Shown here piece after piece: positions 10,015-18,745 of a stretch of 64,000 bases of DNA. Each line of letters opens with the position of its first letter. Positions within the stretch are counted from its first letter, which is position 1. The position numbers and the translations under genes are program-made. Source of the stretch: an uncultured candidate division Zixibacteria bacterium (lineage in GTDB: Bacteria > Zixibacteria > MSB-5A5 > UBA10806 > 4484-95). A model generated the notes under the pieces. That model had not been told where the DNA came from. It made no database searches and saw only the letters and a program-made list of their open reading frames with translations. The stretch covers positions 32,001 through 96,000 of the forward strand of contig CAXXKA010000010.1 of assembly GCA_963668625.2 (NCBI GenBank), in the 5' to 3' direction.

Positions 10015-11708
10015 GATCTTTGCTTGTCGTGTTCATACTTTATATCTGGTCGTCTCTGGGGATTGCCTCCGGCAGTACCATAAGCGAAGTGGAATTCATA
10101 GGCGAAAAGCCGGCTTATAAGCTAAACCTCTACTCTCGCGCCAATCGCGAATTCTATGCCGATAGTCTCGGTGCGGATTCACTTAAAATCGTTGGAATAT
10201 ACCGTGAACGAGGCTGGTACGATTGCCGGCTTACGATTAATACTATAAAAAGAACCGATGGTATGGCGATTAGTTTTACTATCCGAAAAGGTGATTTGTA
10301 CCATATCCATATTGATAAAAGCGGCTTATCGGAAAACGACAGCCTGGTAAATTCGATAATCGATGTCATCGATAGTTACGAAAATAAACCAGGTGTAAGC
10401 GCGAACTTGAATAGCCTGGCCGATGAGTTGATATCATATTATGCCGAAAACGGTTACCCATACTGCGAAATCAGGTTTAACGATTTTCGATTGGCTAAAC
10501 CCGATAGCCTGATCGTTTCACTGGATATTCAACCCGGGCCTGCCGTAACCGTGGAAAGGTTCGTTTTCGAGGGTATCAAGAATATCAAGCCCGAATTTTT
10601 GCAAAGGTATCTCGGCCTGGAATCACCCTCGGTATATTCCAAATCGATCAATGAAGTAGCATTAAACCGTTTGTTGAAAGCTGATTTTATAGAGGAGGCC
10701 GATAACTATCGGTTACGCTATTTAAGCCGTCCCGAAAGAGGCATAGTGGTATTTCCGATCAGGGAGACGCCCTCGCTTATTCTGGATGGCGCAGCGGGCT
10801 ATTCCTCGGATGATGGCGAGTTTTATGGCAAATTCAACGCTACGATATCGAACATACTCGGCAAAGGTCGTCAGGCTGAAATAAACTGGGCCAAGAAAGA
10901 CAAGCATTCGAGATGGCTGCAGTTTACATTCGGTGAACCGTATCCTATAGGTATCCCGTTTAAAATGAAAATAAAAGCCTACCAGGATGATCGAGATAGC
11001 GTTTTTATCGAAAATGGGGCCTCCATCGGGCTGCATTATCTCGGCTCCGATATATTTTCCTATGGTGTTACGATTGGCATATCGCGGTTAGACCCCGAAT
11101 CGTACGGTCGGGCTTTTCTGGCATACAAGGATAAGTTGCGCCTTTCGGTAAGCTTTACCGCTGATAGTCGGGACTATCCACAAAACCCTCATGGTGGAGA
11201 ATATCTATACCTGAGCGCCGATTTCGTTACGGAGACCACCCGTTCCGACAGCCTGTTTGCCGCCTCGAATACTGATTATAGAACCGCCGAGCTGATTACC
11301 GAGAAATATCTGCCGTTTGCCGGGTCCTCGGTAATGTATCTGAGCTTACATGCGCAGGGGGATTTTTCGGATAACGTACCCGTAGACAGGCAATACCCAC
11401 TGGGTGGCTTCGGCTCTCTTCGCGGTTACATGCAAGATCAATTTTATGTATCGCAATTGGCGGTAGGCACGGCCGAATATCGGTTGTTGACATCCAGGCG
11501 AGGCCGTGCTTATATTTTCGGAGACGGAGCGATTTACCGAATTCCAAAGCTTAACGAGGACGGTTCCGATACCGAGTATAAAGCCGGTGTCGGAATGGGA
11601 CTGGCAGCCTCGGTGAAACTTGGTGTTGCCACGGTCGAGATCGCCATACCCGCCGAGGAGGGATTCGGAGATACTAAAATTCATTTCGGGTTAAAAGCCG
11701 GTTTTTAA
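10011..11708 (+). CDS. BamA/TamA (Omp85) family protein with POTRA domains
   Basis: POTRA signatures YRERGW and YAENGYP, NILGKGR, LGGFGSLRGY motif, C-terminal KIHFGLKAGF. Confidence 0.8.
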   Translation: MRSLLVVFILYIWSSLGIASGSTISEVEFIGEKPAYKLNLYSRANREFYADSLGADSLKIVGIYRERGWYDCRLTINTIKRTDGMAISFTIRKGDLYHIHIDKSGLSENDSLVNSIIDVIDSYENKPGVSANLNSLADELISYYAENGYPYCEIRFNDFRLAKPDSLIVSLDIQPGPAVTVERFVFEGIKNIKPEFLQRYLGLESPSVYSKSINEVALNRLLKADFIEEADNYRLRYLSRPERGIVVFPIRETPSLILDGAAGYSSDDGEFYGKFNATISNILGKGRQAEINWAKKDKHSRWLQFTFGEPYPIGIPFKMKIKAYQDDRDSVFIENGASIGLHYLGSDIFSYGVTIGISRLDPESYGRAFLAYKDKLRLSVSFTADSRDYPQNPHGGEYLYLSADFVTETTRSDSLFAASNTDYRTAELITEKYLPFAGSSVMYLSLHAQGDFSDNVPVDRQYPLGGFGSLRGYMQDQFYVSQLAVGTAEYRLLTSRRGRAYIFGDGAIYRIPKLNEDGSDTEYKAGVGMGLAASVKLGVATVEIAIPAEEGFGDTKIHFGLKAGF

Positions 11709-11746
11709 CATTAGTAAATAAAAACTTAAATAGGGATGTTAAGTAA

Positions 11747-12583
11747 ATGCTTCGCGCGCTCTTTTTCATAATACGACCATTGAACGTGCTGATTACTATG
11801 GCGGCTGTTTATGTCGGTGGAGTTATATCATTCGATCTGTATTATGATCCGTACCTATTACTGGCGATTCTCTCATCAGGTGCGATTGCAGCTTTCGGTA
11901 ATGTCGTTAATGATGTTTTCGATATCGAGGTGGATCGTCAGAACAAGCCGCATCGTATGTTACCCTCGGGGATGCTGAAACAGCATGAGGCGATTGCCTG
12001 GGCGATGATACTGGCGGCATGTGGTATCATAATATCCGGGCTCATTAGCAATCTCTGTTTGATTCTTTCATCCTCGGCGGCCATCCTTTTATTGGTTTAC
12101 ACGCCGGCATTGAAAGGTAAAAACTACTGGGGAAATTTCATTGTAGCTTTCGTAGCTTCGCTGGCCTTTTTATATGGCGCGGCATCCGTGAATAACGAGT
12201 TGGGCGGCATCATACCGGCGGTATATGCTTTGCTTTTTCATTTTGCCAGGGAGATTATCAAAGATATAGAGGATGTCGAGGATGACCGGTCTATGGGGAT
12301 CAACACGGGAGCGGTAAGGCATGGCGAGAAAACCTCGCGGATTTTCGCAATTGTCGTTATCGTTATATTATTTTTCGCGACATTCATCCCATATATGCTG
12401 GATATATATAATATCGGATACTTGATAGCGGTCGTGCTGGGCACGGATATATTTCTGCTGTATTTCATTATCAGGCTTTCGGGAGCGCCTTCGCATTGTA
12501 CCTGTGGATTCATATCCGGAATGATGAAAGCGATAATGCCGCTTGGACTATTGGCCATTCTACTGGGCAGCCGGGGATTGTAA
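11747..12583 (+). CDS. UbiA-family prenyltransferase, DGGGP-synthase-like
   Basis: IRPLN, NDVFDIEVDRQNKPHRMLPSG and REIIKDIEDVEDD motifs; multiple TM helices. Confidence 0.8.
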   Translation: MLRALFFIIRPLNVLITMAAVYVGGVISFDLYYDPYLLLAILSSGAIAAFGNVVNDVFDIEVDRQNKPHRMLPSGMLKQHEAIAWAMILAACGIIISGLISNLCLILSSSAAILLLVYTPALKGKNYWGNFIVAFVASLAFLYGAASVNNELGGIIPAVYALLFHFAREIIKDIEDVEDDRSMGINTGAVRHGEKTSRIFAIVVIVILFFATFIPYMLDIYNIGYLIAVVLGTDIFLLYFIIRLSGAPSHCTCGFISGMMKAIMPLGLLAILLGSRGL

Positions 12584-12787
12584 ATATTCTGATTTTAAAA
12601 GCGTGAGGGTACAACATGTTGTGTCCCTGCGGCTGTACTCTGAATAGATATTTGAATAATAATTCTGCCTTTTCAACAATCCCAGCGCATCGTATCGAGA
12701 TGGAAAGGCCTGCTACCGGTGTTTTCAACTATAAAACTTCCGGTGTATGATCTTACTATTGCATTTTGCTCGAATCTGAAAAATAAA

Positions 12788-12813
12788 ACGAGGAGAAAAC
12801 GATCACTCCTCGT
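12788..12813. terminator. Hairpin between convergent genes (probable intrinsic terminator)
   Basis: ACGAGGAG-N10-CTCCTCGT with an upstream A-run (U-tail on the minus strand). Confidence 0.6.
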
Positions 12814-12821
12814 ACAAAATA

Positions 12822-13406
12822 TTATTCACATGATGTATCACTCAAGTCCTCATCCCAGCAATGCCATTGATCGTCCTCGAAATGAGTCGAGTCGAGAACT
12901 CTTCCGGCCTGAGAGGTAATATTCCAATCGATATCTATGTAATGTTCATCGCCTGCCATGAAAACATCGTAGTAAGCGTCATATACAGTATCGATGGTGG
13001 TTCCATAGGTGATTAAACCGCCGTACTCACTTCCGCCGGGTTCGATATTGGTGTACTTGATATCACCGGTTTCGGTTGTCGGGTTGCGATGCCAGGTTAT
13101 ACCGATATACTCGACCGTGTCTGTCGGGCTTTTGTATAATGTCCAGGTTCCCTCGGTCATCAAAAGATCGTGCTCGCCCTCGTACCATAGGAAATCGGTA
13201 AACGCATTCTCACCCGATTTCGAGAGGTACATCTGCCAGTTAATCCCCTCGACATCCGTGCCTGCGAACAGCTCAGCGGTGTAATTATTCGTACCAACCC
13301 CTACGGTGCATGTCCACAACCACGAGCCGTCCTCCTGCCGTACCGGAGTATGATTAAAAGCCCCGGCGTAAGCAGCCAGCGGTACTACGGCGTGAACGGT
13401 TATCAC
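12822..13406 (-). pseudogene. 5'-truncated exported beta-rich hypothetical protein
   Basis: Coding-like ORF (WLWT, FLWYEG, HCWDE..D..C) with no signal peptide or RBS. It begins abruptly where a plus-strand gene remnant starts. Confidence 0.6.
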
Positions 13407-13593
13407 CGCTGCTTCTCCGCCACTGCCTCAAATCAGGCGGCAAGCTCTCGGTTTCAATATCGATCCCGATTTTAGCGATGTTCTGGATGGCTTGATACTG
13501 TTTGATTTGACCGCAACCGACAGGAAACTCCTCGATCGGTATCTCGGCAAAGATGAGACCTCGACCTTTTTGAATTGCCATAAAAAAATCTAG
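13406..13593 (+). pseudogene. 3' remnant of a 'putative hemolysin' GNAT/lysophospholipid-acyltransferase gene, frameshifted
   Basis: Reads PLLLRHCLKSGGKL / (1-bp loss) / GFNIDPDFSDVLDGLILFDLTATDRKLLDRYLG...TAG. This matches the family C-terminal motif PVLLRQYLKLGGKLLGFNVDPDFSDVLDGL as recalled. Confidence 0.7.
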
Positions 13594-13621
13594 GACAGGT
13601 TGGGAATCCTGTCCTAGATTT
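13586..13621. terminator. Bidirectional intrinsic terminator
   Basis: AAATCTAGGACAGG-N8-CCTGTCCTAGATTT between convergent genes. Confidence 0.75.
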
Positions 13622-13681
13622 GAGAGCATGAGTTGGGTTCTTGTTCTCAGTGATACAGAGAAAATTTTACCAAGTTACGGG

Positions 13682-16600
13682 TTATTTTATTAACAGACAC
13701 CTTTTTGTTTCCGTGAAATTATTCGTAGTCATCTTATAAAAATAAATTCCGGATGATTGCTCGGCGGCGTTCCAATTTACGAAATGCGAGCCGGCCGGCA
13801 GGTAACCGGATTGTAGTGTCTCCACTTTTCTACCCAGTATATCGAACAATTCTATAGTTACTTCGCCCGGCTCGGGTAGAGTGAACGAGAACGTGGTCGT
13901 GGCATTGAATGGATTGGGATAGTTTTGCGCCAATGAGTAAGCGTGAGGCAAAACATTAGCGTCATCTATTCCTGTAGGAGGCTCGGAGATATAACATCCC
14001 CGACGTTGATTGTCGTATGCGCCACAAGGCCAATCGTTTTCATACAGACTCGATTGTGATTTGTAGTCGACAACCATAAGGTTGGCCGCCTCGGAGGAGT
14101 ACGTAGCGAAGACGATTTCGAGATCGCCGTCACCGTCCAGATCACTAATAGCCGGAGCTCCCCTGACCTCGCCGAGGTTTTCACCGCCTATGGGGAAATT
14201 GGATACCAGCGAGCCGGTATAATCATATGCATAGATCAAACCGCTCGTACATCCAACTATGATATCTTTGGTTCCGTTGCCATCAATATCAGCTACGACA
14301 GGGCTGGATTTTATATTCTCACCGCATTCAATCGGGAAATTATTGATTTCTTCACCGTTCAATCCAATAGCGTGAATGTGCCTGGCGTTATCGACCACTA
14401 TTATTTCCGGTAAGAAGTCGTGGTTTATATCGGCAACAATGGGATAAATGATCACAGTCTGATTCAGATCAACCGGGAAATTGGGAAATACCGAGCCGTC
14501 TGAAGCTACAGCGTATATTTCTCCCTGCGAGGTGACTGCCGCGATATCGTACACCATATCTCCATCCAAATCTCCGGAGGTAGCCGAGGCGTAAATAGGG
14601 TTACCCAGATCGACAGGGAAACCTGTCGGGTAGTTGCCATTAGAATTCCAGGCGTGTAAGTGGGAGTCAAGGCCGGCAAAAATTAGCTCCCTGATACCAT
14701 CGAAATCGATTTCGGCTGCGATGCCGCTACTGAACCATCCCGAACCGCCTGAGATTGGCGACCAATCGAATTGTGTGCCGTCATGCCGGATGACGTAAAT
14801 TTCACGATTCGACATACTGGCGACTACGATTTCCAGATTACTATTACCATCGATATCCATAAGCATTGCGCCACCGAATATCGTTCCATCTATATCTATC
14901 GGGAAACCGCTCATGGCTGTGCCATCAGCTTCCCAGGCGTACACATAGCCATCTTTGGAACCAACCGCGATCTCGTATGCGCCGTCGTTATCGATATCAC
15001 CGATAGCAGCGCCACCGGGGATATTCCCGGATACGCTCTGAGGCCAGCCGGCACAATTCGAACCATCAGCCTCCAACGCGTAGAGGTAACCGTCATTGGC
15101 TCCGACTATGATTTCATTATCGCCGTCACTATCGAAATCGAACACCAGTGGGCTCGATTCGATATTGCCGCCCAGGTCAATCGGGAATCCTGTTTGATCG
15201 AGAAATACATCGACCGTCACGGTCATCGTTTCGATGAATATATCTGAGGCGTACATATCTATATCGATATTCCAACTACCGGGTCTTAAATCTTCGCCTA
15301 CGGTGAAATTAAACGGATCGGAGCTGTTATTCCTGACCTGGTTGCTCGGAATATCTCCGAATTCAGTGGTCGAATCATTGGCAGTGAAATACTCATTACT
15401 ACGAGCGATTGCCGTAACATCAATGGCATCGGCCCATATATTTTGAATGGTAATCGAAAGATCGAAAGATTCCCCGGGATTGAGTATGTTATCACCATCA
15501 TCCTCGGTGATAGTTATTACCGAGGAACGCATGTTGAAATTCGGCAAGCTATTAGAGGCCAGGGCCGTATAGGCGTTTATTCTGCCGTACCCCAGAAGGC
15601 CATTATAATCCGGATTCAGGTTATCGATAGGATCGGCTGTCGTATAAATCCTGTCGATTATTTCCGATCTTTCGAGATCCGGCTCGGAGGATTTAATCAA
15701 ACCCACTAAACCGACTACGAATGGCGCGGCCATCGAGGTACCCTGGAGCACCGAGTAAGCGTCATCGAAGTAAGTCGAATTGATGCTGATTCCGGGAGCA
15801 CATACATCAACCCAGACGCCATAATTAGAGAAACTGGTTTTCAGGTCGCTCTGGTCGGTAGCTGCTACAGAGATGACATCAGTCCTCGTTCCCAGGTAAG
15901 GCGCGGAACTGGTACCATCATTACCGGCAGCCGTGATTACGACAACACCTTGTTCTACGGCATAGTCTACGGCATCGCGAAGGTAATTCGCGTAGGATGA
16001 CCCCCACGAGCAATTAATGGCCGCTGCTCCCTTATCCGCGGCATACACGAAAGCCTGCGCGGCAAAATCCATCCTGACATAAGTATTACCATCGGAATGA
16101 CGCCAACCGATTCTGAGGCACATTACCTTGCAGTCGAAACCAAGCCCGGCCACGCCGACGCCATTGTCGGTACAAGCTGCGGCAATACCGGAACAGTGGG
16201 TACCGTGCCCGTCGAAATCCATCGGATCGTTATCAGGAGTGCTATAGTCCTCACCCGGATAGCCCGGGACACCTGTTACCCAGTCCCAGCCGATATGATC
16301 ATCAACCAGACCGTTATCATCGTTGTCTGAACCGTCAATTGGATCATCAGCATTATGCCATATATCATCCGCCAGATCGGGGTGGTCCCAGTCAACGCCA
16401 CTATCGGCGATTGCCAGAATTACCTCCGAGCTACCCTGATTGACATTCCAGGCGTTCTCGGCCTCGACTTTAGTCAAACCCCACTGCGAACCCAGTGAGG
16501 GATCATTTGGCGTGTAATAAACCGGCTGTAATGGTACTGGTTCAACTGAATCAATCTCCCGGAGAAGCTGATAGTCGTTAATCGCGCTTTCTAGATTTAC

Positions 16601-16912
16601 CGGTTGGTTGAACGTAACCGAAAAATAATTCGAAAGCTCCGGCATGCTGCTTTTCTCGGATTTCGGGAAAAGCTGTGCTACCATGGTAACACCTTTCTGA
16701 GCATTGAGTTGATCGAATGCCGTTATCCCTGTAACGAGTGAATTTTGCTCGTATGCGATAGCCGCCGGTTTATTATCCGATGAGAATTGGACAATAAGAC
16801 AGTTATCTGCCAGGGTTTCGGTATCGTATTGAACACCGTTGACAGTTAAAGGCGCAGCCATCGCCCATGAGCATAGTACGATAGCCAGAATGGCCGTGTA
16901 GCTAAATTTCAT
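13682..16912 (-). CDS. Secreted S8 subtilisin-like serine protease with FG-GAP repeats and T9SS-type CTD
   Basis: Catalytic triad IADSG / HGTHCSG / GTSMAAP, repeated 'GFP....SSP...D.D.DG', and CTD QNYPNPFN...SGIYFY. Confidence 0.92.
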   Translation of the reverse strand: MKFSYTAILAIVLCSWAMAAPLTVNGVQYDTETLADNCLIVQFSSDNKPAAIAYEQNSLVTGITAFDQLNAQKGVTMVAQLFPKSEKSSMPELSNYFSVTFNQPVNLESAINDYQLLREIDSVEPVPLQPVYYTPNDPSLGSQWGLTKVEAENAWNVNQGSSEVILAIADSGVDWDHPDLADDIWHNADDPIDGSDNDDNGLVDDHIGWDWVTGVPGYPGEDYSTPDNDPMDFDGHGTHCSGIAAACTDNGVGVAGLGFDCKVMCLRIGWRHSDGNTYVRMDFAAQAFVYAADKGAAAINCSWGSSYANYLRDAVDYAVEQGVVVITAAGNDGTSSAPYLGTRTDVISVAATDQSDLKTSFSNYGVWVDVCAPGISINSTYFDDAYSVLQGTSMAAPFVVGLVGLIKSSEPDLERSEIIDRIYTTADPIDNLNPDYNGLLGYGRINAYTALASNSLPNFNMRSSVITITEDDGDNILNPGESFDLSITIQNIWADAIDVTAIARSNEYFTANDSTTEFGDIPSNQVRNNSSDPFNFTVGEDLRPGSWNIDIDMYASDIFIETMTVTVDVFLDQTGFPIDLGGNIESSPLVFDFDSDGDNEIIVGANDGYLYALEADGSNCAGWPQSVSGNIPGGAAIGDIDNDGAYEIAVGSKDGYVYAWEADGTAMSGFPIDIDGTIFGGAMLMDIDGNSNLEIVVASMSNREIYVIRHDGTQFDWSPISGGSGWFSSGIAAEIDFDGIRELIFAGLDSHLHAWNSNGNYPTGFPVDLGNPIYASATSGDLDGDMVYDIAAVTSQGEIYAVASDGSVFPNFPVDLNQTVIIYPIVADINHDFLPEIIVVDNARHIHAIGLNGEEINNFPIECGENIKSSPVVADIDGNGTKDIIVGCTSGLIYAYDYTGSLVSNFPIGGENLGEVRGAPAISDLDGDGDLEIVFATYSSEAANLMVVDYKSQSSLYENDWPCGAYDNQRRGCYISEPPTGIDDANVLPHAYSLAQNYPNPFNATTTFSFTLPEPGEVTIELFDILGRKVETLQSGYLPAGSHFVNWNAAEQSSGIYFYKMTTNNFTETKRCLLIK

Positions 16913-16914
16913 TA

Positions 16915-17253
16915 CTACTCCTTATTCTCGTATAATCTGAAAATGTGCGTATAATCATCGTAATCAAGTATTGCCTTAATGATAGTACTATGTTCAGGTC
17001 TGTGCCTTACACCGAAAGATTTTTTATTCTCGTGAGATCTACGGTTTTCTTGCCCTACCTGATTGGTTTTTTCATTGTTGTGCCTTGCCGTAATAATATA
17101 GCTGAAGATGTTGGAATCTCCTCTGGCATTCACGAAATTTCTGCTGGAATTTTTACTGAAATCCCTATCAGCGGCCTGTATTTGATCGATCGCCAGAAAT
17201 GACATGATAATAAAGGCCATCACCAATATCAACATTACTTTTCTAAAGTTCAT
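16915..17253 (-). CDS. Small exported hypothetical protein, translationally coupled to the S8 protease
   Basis: RBS AAGGAGG, signal peptide ending IQA, stop codon 2 nt before the protease ATG. Confidence 0.65.
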   Translation of the reverse strand: MNFRKVMLILVMAFIIMSFLAIDQIQAADRDFSKNSSRNFVNARGDSNIFSYIITARHNNEKTNQVGQENRRSHENKKSFGVRHRPEHSTIIKAILDYDDYTHIFRLYENKE

Positions 17254-17780
17254 GTTTCTCCTCCTTAATCGGATATCATGTTTAATTAAGCGTAAAAATT
17301 AACAATTTTAGTGAAATATTTACAATTGACATGAAAAACTATTAGAGTTTCGCTTAAGGCCGACCGCATAAAACAAGTTTTTATAGCACATAATCACCCT
17401 AATGGTCTAGTATATGGCTTGTTTTATATGACAATAATTTGCAATACGGTGAATAGATTTGTAAGTCTATTTATGTTGTTACATAAACGATTATGCTTGC
17501 TATTTCATGGACTCTGGGCTATATTGTATTAGATGTAAGTGTTAGTTCTTTTACGTCAGGGTTAGTGCTTGAAATGTGCGTAATCCGGTTTTGAAGTTGA
17601 TGTTGTATTCTTGTTGTATTGTTATTCTTAATCAAACTCCATTTAGTTTTTTTCATTTCAGGCGTCACTGTAAGCAGGGACTGATATTTTTTATGAATTT
17701 TGCGCAAAAAGTTGTTAATTTTTCAGCTAGGGTGAGGCCTTAAATAAATTAGCACTCCCTTGCTGATTTCTGGAGCGTGA

Positions 17781-18446
17781 ATGATGAATACCCCAGACAA
17801 TCTTAGCGATCGCGAGCGGGCAATGCGTAAAGAGCTGGCTCAACGTACGGTTAATGTCAGCAGTAGCGATATTTCCGAGCGTGAGGCGGCCGCGGATTCC
17901 CCGGAGCTTATCGAGATTGGGCGGCAAATAACCCGCTTGATCGAGGAAGAGCTTCTGGAGGATGCCTCTGATATGTTATATAAAAGCCTCAAAAAACACC
18001 CCGAAGAGTTAATGCTGCTCAATTTTCAGATGATATTAGAAAGCCTGAAAAAGAAATTCGGTGATTATACCGAGGCTAAACAAGCAGGTTTGAAGCTGAT
18101 CGAGATGGCGGCTATCAAGAAGAATCCCTACTATACCATGGTCGCCGTAAACAATCTCGGGATAATAGCCCACAAGGAGGGCCATGAGGATTACAGCCTG
18201 GCGATGTATTTAGCTGCGCATTATATCGATGACACCGCGCTATTTACATTGTGTAATCTAGCAGGATGGTATTCGCGAAAAAACGATCTCGAAAAAGCGA
18301 TGTACTGGATCAAGCGGATCATTCGGACTAAAGAAAGCTGGAACAAGGATGAGGAGATAGTGAGTTTTTTAAAGAAAGACGAATCTTTACACAACCTCAG
18401 GACTTTTGACATATTTATAAATGAGATTCTCTCAAAGATCGAATAA
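17781..18446 (+). CDS. Cytoplasmic TPR protein (no HTH, no signal peptide)
   Basis: TPR-like helices VNNLGIIAHKEG and CNLAGWYSRKNDLEKAMYW; C-terminal 'D.SL.NLR..F' end-of-group motif. Confidence 0.75.
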   Translation: MMNTPDNLSDRERAMRKELAQRTVNVSSSDISEREAAADSPELIEIGRQITRLIEEELLEDASDMLYKSLKKHPEELMLLNFQMILESLKKKFGDYTEAKQAGLKLIEMAAIKKNPYYTMVAVNNLGIIAHKEGHEDYSLAMYLAAHYIDDTALFTLCNLAGWYSRKNDLEKAMYWIKRIIRTKESWNKDEEIVSFLKKDESLHNLRTFDIFINEILSKIE

Positions 18447-18480
18447 TAATTAATTTAAATAAAGAAGGAGGTATGTCCTC

Positions 18481-18711
18481 ATGCGTAATTATCAAATGGC
18501 GCTTTTCGGATTTTTCTTTGGATTTTTTCTCATGTTCGGATTTAATCCGAGTTTTAATTTCGATCCCGGTTACGGTGATGATGTCTGCAGGAATGCTACG
18601 ATTGGCAGTATGCATCCTGTCGGCGAGAAATTCGGCGGCGGTGTAAAAATCGCTGATTTTAATGGTGGTAATGAAGTAGACATTGAACCAACAGGTCCTG
18701 GCGGTAATTAG
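18481..18711 (+). CDS. 76-aa secreted propeptide (Phr/PapR/AimP-like architecture)
   Basis: Strong RBS AAGGAGG 9 nt upstream. Basic N-terminus, hydrophobic core ALFGFFFGFFLMFGF, and a polar tail with three Gly-Gly-ending segments. Confidence 0.65.
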   Translation: MRNYQMALFGFFFGFFLMFGFNPSFNFDPGYGDDVCRNATIGSMHPVGEKFGGGVKIADFNGGNEVDIEPTGPGGN

Positions 18712-18745
18712 GCCTAAACTTTTTAACGCCATACCTGGAGGAGTG

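Noticed and set aside
13354-13629. 91-aa minus-strand ORF in the track
   Set aside because: Antisense shadow of the plus-strand acyltransferase remnant; it starts beyond and runs through the terminator.
18683-18745. TTG-started N-terminal extension of the sigma-like ORF
   Set aside because: Overlaps the peptide gene; ATG 18746 has a good RBS.
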